From an uncultured Chthonomonadaceae bacterium (GTDB lineage Bacteria; Armatimonadota; Chthonomonadetes; Chthonomonadales; Chthonomonadaceae), in the NCBI GenBank assembly GCA_963817895.1, contig CAWFQB010000001.1, positions 832,001 to 896,000 on the forward strand: a DNA stretch of 64,000 bases, written 5' to 3'. The notes beneath the pieces are model-generated. The model was given only the letters and a program-made list of their open reading frames with translations, did no database searches and was not told where the DNA came from. Positions 22,208-31,582 of this stretch are shown here, piece after piece. Numbering within the stretch: the first letter of the stretch is position 1; the number at the start of each line of letters is the position of its first letter. The position numbers and the translations under genes were made by a program.

Positions 22208-24149
22208 TCATGAAGCGGGGTTCTTTGCCTCTTCACTTACAGGAATGTCAAGCGCGCGCAGCCATTCGCGCAATTTGGCAACGCGGGCGCGATCTTCGCC
22301 CGGAAGCTGCAAGGGCCGTCCCCGCGCGTCAATCATCACGCCGACAACCCCGCTCTGCGCCTGCACGGTAACAGGCTTGCCCTTTCCCGCGCCCACGTCA
22401 AAGGCTTTTGTCGGCGTGATGGTAAGGGTGATTGGTGGTTGGTGGTTGGTGGTTGGTAATGGCACTGCTTCAGTCTTCTCTTCTTCCTTCTCTTCTTCCC
22501 CAAAGACGCGCAGGGTTCCAAACGGAACCACCTCCCGTTGCCCTTCCCATTCGATGGTTACGCAGGGTTCGCCCTCCTTAGCTACGCCAATCGGGGCGAT
22601 ACAGGTTCCCAGGATGATTAAACAATCGCGCTCAAAGACCTGCGTGGCGGCTTCGGGGTGAACAGTGGAGAGTATGCCTAATTGGGGCATCATAAAAATC
22701 GAGTCTACGGTAAGCAGGGTGATGCCTTCGGGCTGATACGCATCGAGCATCATCAGGGCGGATTGGGCGCGGCGGGGCGCGTGGGACAGGACGCCACCGG
22801 AACCGACAATCATATCGAGGGACAGCAGGTTGACAAGGGTTTGCCCCGTGCCCTTCTGGTCGAACATGTTGCCGACGTTTTTCTCGGTTGTCACGCCCGT
22901 CAGCCCGCGCGCAAGCGATTTATGATGGTCGAAGGCAAGGCGCAGGGCTTCGCGGCACACGGCCTGCTCGATTTGCAGGTCTTCCAATCGCTGGGGAATG
23001 GTGGTGGGGCGTATCATCTTGTTGCGCAGTTGGTTGCGCAGGTCGGCCTCGGACACATCGAAGGGCAGCCAGCGCCGGATGTTGGCGACGCCCGCTTCGG
23101 TCAGCACGTTGCAGATGGAATACGACATGCCTAAATTGGCCGAAACCGTCCGGTTGAACACGCCCCCGAAGACGGAAAACACGTCCGTTGTCGCGCCGCC
23201 AATATCCACGCCCAGAACATTGATGCCCCGTTGCGCGGCGATGGTTTCCATGATTTTGCCGACCGCGTTGGGCGTGGACATGATGCCCGTACTCGTCCAT
23301 GTGGAGAGTTTGCCGTAACCGGGAGCCTGCTGCATGACGTGTTCCAGAAACAGTTCGTGAATGGCTTCGCGGGCGGGAAGCAGATTTTCGCGCTCCATCG
23401 TGGGACGCAGATTGTCCACCTGCCGCAATGAGACGCGCTCCTCTAGTAGTTCCGCAACGGGCGCGTAGGCCTGTTTGTTGCCTGCATAAATGACAGGCAG
23501 GTTCAGGCCCAAGCCGAGACGCGGTTTGGGATCGGCGGAAACCAGCATTTCAGCCATTTCGACGAGGTGGCTGACCGTGCCGCCATCTGTGCCGCCTGCC
23601 ATCAAAATCATGTCGGGGCGCAGTTGGCGCAGGCGTTCCACGCGCTCATGCTCCTTGCGGCCATCATTGACGGCGACCACATCAATCACGATTGCGCCCG
23701 CGCCCAGTGCCGCCCGCTGCGCAGATTCCGCGCTCATGGCCTTGACGACGCCCGCAACCGACATTTGCAGCCCGCCGCCCGCGCTGGATGTGGACAGATA
23801 CAAATCCACGCCCGTTTGCGCGTCCTGCAGTCGGGGTCATGGGCCTGCCGCCATTGACTTCGGACGCGCCGAGAATGGTTTTGCCGCTGAGTTCTTCCAC
23901 TTCACGGACGGCGTTCACCACGCCTACAGTCACATCATCAAACGGCGCTTCTACGGTGGTGGGCGCTTCGCCCCTTGTAGTCAAACGATACTCGCCGTTC
24001 GCCTGCAATTCGATGAGAATGGCTTTGGTGGTCGTGCTGCCGCAGTCCGTCGCCAGTATGCTGCGAACCTGATGCGGGGCGGGAAGCGCGGCAGGAGTGG
24101 AAGTCGCATCCTGCGGCGCGGAGTGAGAAAGTGAGGATTCATTGGTCAT
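22208..24149 (-). CDS. glmL: GlmL (glutamate mutase L)-like ASKHA ATPase (frameshift near 23830)
   Basis: TDCGSTTTKA, PTTVE, SSAGGGL, AALGAGA, MAGGTDGG, DIGGATTDVFS, SANLGMSYS, GSGGVL. Confidence 0.8.
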
Positions 24150-24173
24150 AAGCGGCGTTTCTACCCAAACAAT

Positions 24174-24755
24174 TTAACGGGCTACAGCTTTGGGGTGAAC
24201 GCTGCGGAACTTCCAGGCTCCGAATGTCAGCAGCAGGCCCAGGGAGAGCAGCGTGGAGGCTTCGGGAACGGCCGAGGAGTTGACCGTGATCTGGAAGTTT
24301 TCCGTCACCTGATCGAGTACCACGCCGTTGGGATCCGTATTGCCCTGAATGGTGAAATAGCCCGCGTAGGTTCCCGGCGTGGCATTTTGTCCCACAAAAA
24401 TATTGGCGAGAGGGATGACGCGCTGCTCATTGGAAGCGAGCGGCGCGGGAAAATCAGGAGAGACAAACGGCGTATCATCCAGCGCAACCGTCAGGTTCGA
24501 GGTCGGCGGGCCGATCTCTGTTGGGCCTGCCATGCTGGTGAAGTTGGCGTTGTCGCCAAGAAAATAAAACGAACTGCTGAACAGGTTCTTCACCGCCGCG
24601 CTCAGGGACAATGTTTGCCCCTTTGTGGCCGTGAAGATGTTGGGATTGTTGGAGGTAATCACCAGTTGCGCGCGGGCGGAAGCCTGCCCGAAGAGGCTTA
24701 AAATTCCGACGAGCAGAAACAGACCTTTGCATTTTGAACAGTTGGGGAGCATCAT
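24174..24755 (-). CDS. PEP-CTERM-type surface protein
   Basis: Signal peptide (ARA); C-terminal AVPEASTLLSLGLLLTFGAWKFR. Confidence 0.85.
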   Translation of the reverse strand: MMLPNCSKCKGLFLLVGILSLFGQASARAQLVITSNNPNIFTATKGQTLSLSAAVKNLFSSSFYFLGDNANFTSMAGPTEIGPPTSNLTVALDDTPFVSPDFPAPLASNEQRVIPLANIFVGQNATPGTYAGYFTIQGNTDPNGVVLDQVTENFQITVNSSAVPEASTLLSLGLLLTFGAWKFRSVHPKAVAR

Positions 24756-24767
24756 CAGGTTTCCCTC

Positions 24768-27700
24768 CTATGGCAGCGTGATCTGTAGGGAGCCGCCGAA
24801 ACTGCCGAGCGAAGACGCTCCCGACAGGCGCAGCAGCACTTTGGAACCGCGCGCCCCGGCGGACACGGGATACGTCAGCGTGACGCTGCCCGCGCTTCCC
24901 GAAGCAAGCGTTCCCAGGCTGGCGGGCAAGGCAGGCGATGTGGGCGCGGCGACGGCTCCCAAAATGGCGCGCGTGATCTGCGTGTTGCCCGCGCTTGTTT
25001 TCGCGTTGTTGGCGCAGGTCACGGTGATCTGGTACGCGCCGCCGACAAAAGCCGCTGTCGTGGTGACGCGAACACCCGTTTGCGATAGCGTGAAACTCTG
25101 GCTTGTCTGGTTCGGCCCGATAGCAGCCGGAAGCGAATGTGGAATGAAATCAAAGCCTGCTTTGGCGGGCGTCAGCGTAAATGTGCCGGAACGCTGGTTG
25201 GCAAAGGAGTACGTTCCATCACTGCCGGTTGACGTTGACAGCGTGATGGGAACGCCGTTGGCAACCAGGGTCAGGCTGAACGAGTTCAGCGTACCCGTAA
25301 GTCCACTGTAGTAGTCCTGCACGTACAAATGCCAGTTGCCCGCAACCGGCTTGCCGACGAACGCGGACAGACTGCTGTACGGCACGGTCAGGTCCGGGTA
25401 ACTGGTGATCACATCCGCAGCAGGATCAGGTCCCGGAACCTGCAATATCACGTAGTCGTTGTCCGGGGCAAACAGGGCAATCAGGAGATCGCCGCGAAAC
25501 GGATGCGTGATGTTGACACCGACCTGCACACTGTTCACGGTTCCCGTCCCGGGAAACGTCAGGGGAGCGAATATGTAATCGCCGGGATTGTTTCCGCTAT
25601 CGTCCAGGCCATCGGGAATGGGAGTGTTTGGCGAAACCGTTTGCGTGGGCAGCGCGGCGATTCCTGTTCCGCTGGCGGTGAGACTGACGCCGCTGACGGG
25701 CGCGGCGTCCAATGTCGTCACCGTGCCACTGATAAGGTATAGATCGGTCACATTCAGCGTCGTGAAGCGCGCGCTGCCGCTGTATTTCGCGGCAACAAGA
25801 ACAGAAGCGTTCTCGGTTACTGCCGTTGTGGTAATCGGGAAATTCACGGTCGTCTTGCCTGCGGGAACGGTGACGCTGGCGGGAACCGACGCGATGCCGG
25901 CGGGAGAGGCCGACAGCGTGACGACGGCCCCTCCTGTGGAAGCCGGGTTGAGGAGCGTGACCGTCCCCTGAGCCGTCGCGCCGCCGGACACGCTGGCCGC
26001 CTTTAGCGTAAGCGAAGTCACCGCGCCGCCGGGAATGCCGTTGAGCGCGGCGGCGGCATCCAGAATTCCGAATCCGCTATCCCGGTCGTAGCCGGACGCC
26101 ATGATGTCAATGGTCGTGCTTTGCAGAGCGGTTCGCGTCTGCGCCGGCGTCATCATGGGATTATAGGATTTGAGCAGGCCGGCAATCGCGGCGGCATGGG
26201 GCGCGGCGGCGCTGGTTCCATAAAAGGGGTTGAAGCCATTGACGGAAGTGGATACCCCGTCGGCAGCCGTAATGTCGGGCTTGTTGCGGATCGCGCCGCC
26301 CGTAGACGAGAAGTTACCGGGCGTGATGGCCGTGCCGTCGGCGTTGAAAAACACGCGGCGCGGTCCGTCGCTGCTGAAGGTTTCGACAACATTTCTTCCA
26401 TTGAAGGGATCGGGATAGGAGGCCAGGGCAGGCGTGGCCGCAACCGCGAAAGCGTTCACCGCGCTGGAGTGTCCAAACGTCTGTCCTATCGTGCTGAAGG
26501 CCAGTGTCGAGGCGCCATCATCGGCAACTATGTTCACGCGCAGAAAGCGCGGCGCGGCATCGGCGCGCTTGACAATGACAAGCTGCTGCCCATCGCTGAC
26601 GCCGATGATCTCAAAGGGATCCTGTAAGCCGTTTTGCGTATCTGTGGAAGCGTCAACCACGCTGCTTCCCGTGTTGTCAAGAACGTACAGGTCATAGTCG
26701 TTGGAGGACGCCCCCAGAGGATCAGACCAGGTTAGAATTGCGGCCAGGAATTGGCCTCCAACCACGTTCGCGGTATTGAGGACGCTGGCCCCGAAACTGT
26801 GCAGGCGCGCGTCCGTTCCCCCGGTGGTTTCGATGGTGACGGGGCCGCCATCGTTAAAATCCCCCTGCCATACGGTAGCCGTATTATCGTCCTTGTTGCC
26901 CTGATTGCCCGCCGAGGAGAAATACAGCCCGCCATTCGCCGTGACATCGTTGACGGCCTGGGCGACCGGACCATCCTGAAAAGGAGATTCGTTGAGATAA
27001 AAGACGTCGTCCACAATAATATCGCAGCCCGCCGCGCGCAGATTGCGGATGTTGTCGGCAAAGACGGAGGGGCCGCCATCGGCAGTGGCAAAATATAAGC
27101 CCGCGCCCGGCGCAAGGTCATGCACGATTTCCAGCATCGCCGTGCCCTCGTCGCCGGAACCGGCCTGCCCCGGCAGCACGGTCACGGGACCAAGCTCGCC
27201 CGCGCTTTGCGAAGCGCCCAGGCTGTCCACGCCGCTGGAAAGGACGCCGATTGTGATTCCTGTTCCATCCACGCCGAAAATGCCGCGCGCAATATCGGCG
27301 CGGTGCGTGGCATCCCCTTCCGAAGTAACTGGCCCCGTTCTGGCGAGGAACTCGGAACCCAACACGGTCAGGCCGGTCAGCATCCCCATATTCAGGGTCG
27401 TGGCAGACAGCGCTCCAAAGCGGGCCGCGCGGTTCTGCGGCAGGCTGAAAGCGGCGGCAGGAAATTTCTGCATCCGCGCCACAAGTTCGGGCAGCGTTCG
27501 CCGCAGCCGCGCTTCCCGCGTCAGGGTCGGCGCGAACGCCGGCGACAGGAACCCGTCCAACGGGGAAGAGGGCGCAGGGAGGAATGTGTCGAATGGCGCC
27601 GGGGCAAACGGCAGGGACGCGAACGGCAAAGCCGGAGGAGATGGGGGCGCGTGTCTGGCCCGCCAGTCCGGCAGCGCGGAAATTTTGCGCCCCGACAACC

Positions 27701-28241
27701 GGTACGGAACGGCGGGACGAATAAACTTCACGTCCGGGTTTGCGGCAAGAGTCGGAATCAGCGTCAGCGGCACAGACGCGCGAATAGTATTCAGCCGGGG
27801 AAAGTTGTTGACAATCACGCCGTTACGCATGATTTGTTTCAGCAAGGGGACGGTATTGCGCGCGTCTATGTCAACCAGCGTCAGGCCGTTTTTGTCCTGC
27901 GTAATGGTAGTTTTCAGGGTGGTGACGCCGCGCGCGATGGCCTGATGCCGCGCCATTTTCCCGGCATACAGCAACTGCGAGTCAATTTTACGCTGCGAGG
28001 GCGTCCGCGCCTCTTTTTCCGCTTCCAGCGCCAGTATCTGCGCCCGAACGTTCGGGCTGAGAGGCGCCTTGTCGCCATTTCCAGGAAGAGGAACGGGAAT
28101 GAGAATAGGAGAACGCTGCGCCTGCGCCCGCGCCGCAATCATCGGGGCCGTAAGCAGCAGCGCGGCGGATAGGGCCAGCATTCCGCCGATGCGGCGACCG
28201 GCGGCAAGCAAAGCGGGGTCATGAGAATGATTCGTGTGCAT
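24768..28241 (-). CDS. Secreted S8 subtilase (Glu-for-His variant) with proprotein-convertase P domain and Ig-like domains
   Basis: GVLSSG, DEGTAM.EIVHDLAP, DIIVDD, SSAGN, KPDITA, GTSAAAP; P domain ITHPFRGDL...GNWHLYVQD. Confidence 0.88.
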   Translation of the reverse strand: MHTNHSHDPALLAAGRRIGGMLALSAALLLTAPMIAARAQAQRSPILIPVPLPGNGDKAPLSPNVRAQILALEAEKEARTPSQRKIDSQLLYAGKMARHQAIARGVTTLKTTITQDKNGLTLVDIDARNTVPLLKQIMRNGVIVNNFPRLNTIRASVPLTLIPTLAANPDVKFIRPAVPYRLSGRKISALPDWRARHAPPSPPALPFASLPFAPAPFDTFLPAPSSPLDGFLSPAFAPTLTREARLRRTLPELVARMQKFPAAAFSLPQNRAARFGALSATTLNMGMLTGLTVLGSEFLARTGPVTSEGDATHRADIARGIFGVDGTGITIGVLSSGVDSLGASQSAGELGPVTVLPGQAGSGDEGTAMLEIVHDLAPGAGLYFATADGGPSVFADNIRNLRAAGCDIIVDDVFYLNESPFQDGPVAQAVNDVTANGGLYFSSAGNQGNKDDNTATVWQGDFNDGGPVTIETTGGTDARLHSFGASVLNTANVVGGQFLAAILTWSDPLGASSNDYDLYVLDNTGSSVVDASTDTQNGLQDPFEIIGVSDGQQLVIVKRADAAPRFLRVNIVADDGASTLAFSTIGQTFGHSSAVNAFAVAATPALASYPDPFNGRNVVETFSSDGPRRVFFNADGTAITPGNFSSTGGAIRNKPDITAADGVSTSVNGFNPFYGTSAAAPHAAAIAGLLKSYNPMMTPAQTRTALQSTTIDIMASGYDRDSGFGILDAAAALNGIPGGAVTSLTLKAASVSGGATAQGTVTLLNPASTGGAVVTLSASPAGIASVPASVTVPAGKTTVNFPITTTAVTENASVLVAAKYSGSARFTTLNVTDLYLISGTVTTLDAAPVSGVSLTASGTGIAALPTQTVSPNTPIPDGLDDSGNNPGDYIFAPLTFPGTGTVNSVQVGVNITHPFRGDLLIALFAPDNDYVILQVPGPDPAADVITSYPDLTVPYSSLSAFVGKPVAGNWHLYVQDYYSGLTGTLNSFSLTLVANGVPITLSTSTGSDGTYSFANQRSGTFTLTPAKAGFDFIPHSLPAAIGPNQTSQSFTLSQTGVRVTTTAAFVGGAYQITVTCANNAKTSAGNTQITRAILGAVAAPTSPALPASLGTLASGSAGSVTLTYPVSAGARGSKVLLRLSGASSLGSFGGSLQITLP

Positions 28242-28581
28242 TGTTCTCTGTCCTCAATGAAAACTTGTCTGGAAACGCGAGAAACTTACAGCGTTATATG
28301 GAAAGTCCGCTTTGCGCGGAAGCGATTAGCAATATCAAACTTGCCGGAGGAGGCAATGCAGGGCGCAGACGCCTGGCGCTGCCGGAAAAGGAGAACAGGA
28401 ACCGAATGAAAAATGAACTGATGAAAGGAGTTGCCGGAAACTTACGCGACAGCGCGAATTCGGACAACAAATAGTAAAGTGGGTTTGGTCATTATACACT
28501 ATAAAGAGAGCGCTCTTCAATGGGACGCGACAAGATTATGCGGCTGATTGCCGCGCTGCACAGGCCTGATTCCTGCGGGAA

Positions 28582-29349
28582 TCAGGTAGACATCCACGAA
28601 CCGCCGGTGACAGGGAGGGTTACGCCGGTCAGGTAGTTGGCGGCGTCGGAGGCGAAAAAGACGGCTACGCCTGCCACGTCTTCCACGCTCGCGATGCGTC
28701 CGAGGGGGATTTGCGACAGAATATCCGCTGCCATGGTCGCCATGCCTTCCCGCGCCATTGCCGTTTCCACCCAACCCGGCGCGATGCAGTAGGATAGAAT
28801 GTTGTTGTGGGCTTCGGCGCGGGCGAGGCAGCGCGTCAGGTTCACCATGCCCGCTTTGCTCACGGCATACGCGGGCGCGTCGGTTTCCGCCCGAAATGCG
28901 GAACGGGACGCGATATTGATGACCTTGCCCCCGCCCTGCTGTTTCATCTGCGGCAGGGCGCAAAACGTGGCATTAACCGCGCTCATGAGATTGGTGTCCA
29001 GCGTTCGTTTCCAGCCGGCCTGCCAGTCGTCATAATCTGGCGTGTCAAAGGGAACCGTCTCGAAAATACCGGCGTTGTTGACCAGCACATCTAATCTGCC
29101 GAACGCGCTTACAGTTTGCTCCACCATGCGCCGCACATCATCGGGGTTGCTCACGTCCGCCTGTACCGGCAGATGTGAACCGGACGGCGGGGGCGGCAGT
29201 TCGGCCAGCAATTCACGCGCCGCATCCGCATTGGCGTTGTAATGAACGGCTACCCGCATCCCCCGCCGCGCGTATTGGCGCGCAATCGCCGCCCCGATAC
29301 CCCGTGAGGCTCCCGTAACCAGCGCCGTTCGCCCACTCAATTCTTCCAT
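28582..29349 (-). CDS. SDR oxidoreductase (FabG-like)
   Basis: TGASRGIG, NNAG, YAVSK, PGWVET. Confidence 0.9.
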   Translation of the reverse strand: MEELSGRTALVTGASRGIGAAIARQYARRGMRVAVHYNANADAARELLAELPPPPSGSHLPVQADVSNPDDVRRMVEQTVSAFGRLDVLVNNAGIFETVPFDTPDYDDWQAGWKRTLDTNLMSAVNATFCALPQMKQQGGGKVINIASRSAFRAETDAPAYAVSKAGMVNLTRCLARAEAHNNILSYCIAPGWVETAMAREGMATMAADILSQIPLGRIASVEDVAGVAVFFASDAANYLTGVTLPVTGGSWMST

Positions 29350-29406
29350 AATGTTCTTTTCTCCTCAAATTTGGCGCTTGTGTATTGCGGTCTTCCTCTT
29401 AACTGC

Positions 29407-30726
29407 TCAGGCCAGCGCCATAACATGCGAAGATTGTTTTGGAAACAGAGCGTTCAATAGCACAGTTGCCTCGTAGTTTCGCGCCCAACAATCCCGGTCC
29501 ATTTCGCGCAGGTCGTCCAGTGTCCGATGCCCGAAGAGCAGGGGCGTAAAAAGATTGCCAGTAAACCCCGCGTCCCCGTCACCCTCGTTTGCCGGTGTCC
29601 ATGCCTCCACTTCGGTGATACGTCCGTCCACGATGTTCAGCCGCAACCCCGAACGGTAAAAGTTCAGCCGCAGTTCGCCCGTGTGACCGGCAACGGGCGA
29701 AGCCGCCAATCGGTTATCAAGGGCTGAAGCGATGTGCCGTACGAAACCCGGCATGTCGGGAACGCGGATGCCCCACTCGCAATGCTGATCGTATAGTGGC
29801 GTCAGCCAACCCGCAGCCACCTCGAAAACCGGGTGTCCCGGCGCAAGGCTGAACGCGACGCCATTAAAGGTATCTTTGTTTTTCTCCGCGATACGGTCGC
29901 ACTCGGCGTACACAGCGCGTATCACGGAGGGAGTCACCGCCAGCCACGAAACGCCGTCCCGAACTTCATACAGCATCACGCGCCCACATCCCCACGGATC
30001 ATGGACAACGAACCCGACGGGCTGATTTTCCCGATCCCATATAACCCGCAGATCGTACCACCGGTTATACCCCGGTTCTCCGCCGCGCAGCAGAAACTCC
30101 CACACTGACGGGATTTCGACCACCGAAAGGCAGTACCGACTGCGGCTCCGGGTGAACAGGTCACGGACAAAGGCGAGATCGGAGGGCGTAGCAAGACGCG
30201 CTACAAATGGCTCCGGCTCGCCCCCGGCAAGACGGGGCAGGCAAGACCGCAACACGACGCGCCCGCCGGAGTTCATGCCGCCGTTGTTGTCCAGCGCGGG
30301 CTGGTAGCCGAAATCTCGGTACAGCCATGTCGCCCCCTCGACAATTTGCAGCCGTTGCCCCTGCGTCCCGGCCCACTGATGCAACTCCTCGAACTGCATC
30401 CGTACCAGTCCCCGGCGGCGGTAATCCGGGCGAGTCGCGACGGCCTCGGCGCGTCCTGCCGCGAAGAGGATGCCTGCATAAGTAAGTGTCTGTGGCAGGA
30501 GGCAGGCAGCGGAAACAATGTCCCCGCTCGTCGTCTCCTCAACCAGAGTGAAGCCGTCCAACGCGCTTGTCGGATGGTCGCCGCGCAGCCACTCCCGAAT
30601 GTGAAAACCCATTGGGAAGTGCATATTCTGTGTCTGAAAAGCGGCCAGTGGTTCGGTGTCGGCCTGCGTCACGCGCCGCAGGACTAGACTGTTGCCCAAA
30701 TCGCGCAAAACTGTTTTGGATGTCAT
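29407..30726 (-). CDS. Eis-like GNAT acetyltransferase
   Basis: VATRPDYRRRGL, YRDFGY, SCP2-like tail with LLFGHR. Confidence 0.8.
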   Translation of the reverse strand: MTSKTVLRDLGNSLVLRRVTQADTEPLAAFQTQNMHFPMGFHIREWLRGDHPTSALDGFTLVEETTSGDIVSAACLLPQTLTYAGILFAAGRAEAVATRPDYRRRGLVRMQFEELHQWAGTQGQRLQIVEGATWLYRDFGYQPALDNNGGMNSGGRVVLRSCLPRLAGGEPEPFVARLATPSDLAFVRDLFTRSRSRYCLSVVEIPSVWEFLLRGGEPGYNRWYDLRVIWDRENQPVGFVVHDPWGCGRVMLYEVRDGVSWLAVTPSVIRAVYAECDRIAEKNKDTFNGVAFSLAPGHPVFEVAAGWLTPLYDQHCEWGIRVPDMPGFVRHIASALDNRLAASPVAGHTGELRLNFYRSGLRLNIVDGRITEVEAWTPANEGDGDAGFTGNLFTPLLFGHRTLDDLREMDRDCWARNYEATVLLNALFPKQSSHVMALA

Positions 30727-30885
30727 TCTGAGTAGTCATGCCTCCCTGTGCTTTTGGTCCTTTATCTCCTCAGAAGGCTGGCTTGCTAATGTTCTCTCCT
30801 GGACATTTCCTGCGGTATAATAGCACGAAGACACAGGAAGTTGGCGCGAACAGCAAGAAACATTGAGAAAAAGGACGTTGCAAGG

Positions 30886-31110
30886 ATGATGAGCATCGTT
30901 GTGCGGCGGGCGTTGTGGCGGGCGGCGAATGACCCGGATTTTCGGCGGCGAACCCTGTTGAATCTGGGGATGGCGCTGGCCGAAGATGGGTTTATCCTGA
31001 CCAATGAAGAGATGGCTGTGATGCGCGACTGGTGGGAACCGTTATGCGGTTTGTCCGAGCGGGCGGCGTATGAGCGGCTTGCCGCCCTTGCCCGCTCCCA
31101 TCCGCGCTAG
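30886..31110 (+). CDS. Small NHLP-clan-like (Os1348-type) protein
   Basis: RA..DPDFRRR.L......L...G..LT.EE motif; start may be 30841 or 30886. Confidence 0.5.
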   Translation: MMSIVVRRALWRAANDPDFRRRTLLNLGMALAEDGFILTNEEMAVMRDWWEPLCGLSERAAYERLAALARSHPR

Positions 31111-31582
31111 AAGGGCAAGGTTCGTATTTTGCCGCTTCAGGCAAGGCAAATGCGCCCTATCGCAAGCCGAATCAATCATTTGTACACGCTATAGCCGCCC
31201 TTATGCCGTGTGCAAGCAAAATTTATGAAAATTTTTCATCGTTTGGGCGCAAAACGGAACTATTGGCACGTTTCTTGCAATAAGAGAAATGTGAGGAGAG
31301 CGTTGTAAAATCGCAAGCCCCTTTGAGCGCCGTGCTGCCGGACCGGGCAACTTTGAAGAGAGGTTCCGGACTTCTTCCGCCCCGCCCCGCCTATCGGCGC
31401 TTATTGACAGCAAGGACGGTCAGCCGTGTAATGGCGCCCTGACCGTCCCTCCTTCGGCCTTTTCCCCGTTTTGCCCCCTTATTTACGACGTTCTGCGATT
31501 CTTTTCGCCTGATTCGCTGTCACAAGCAGGTAAAATCAGTGTCAATAGCGAATAGAATTCCGCAGAAGGAGCCTCCACGTTT

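Noticed and set aside
22208..24149. DNA mismatch repair MutL
   Set aside because: Name clash only: the motifs are ASKHA/actin-fold (GlmL), not GHKL.
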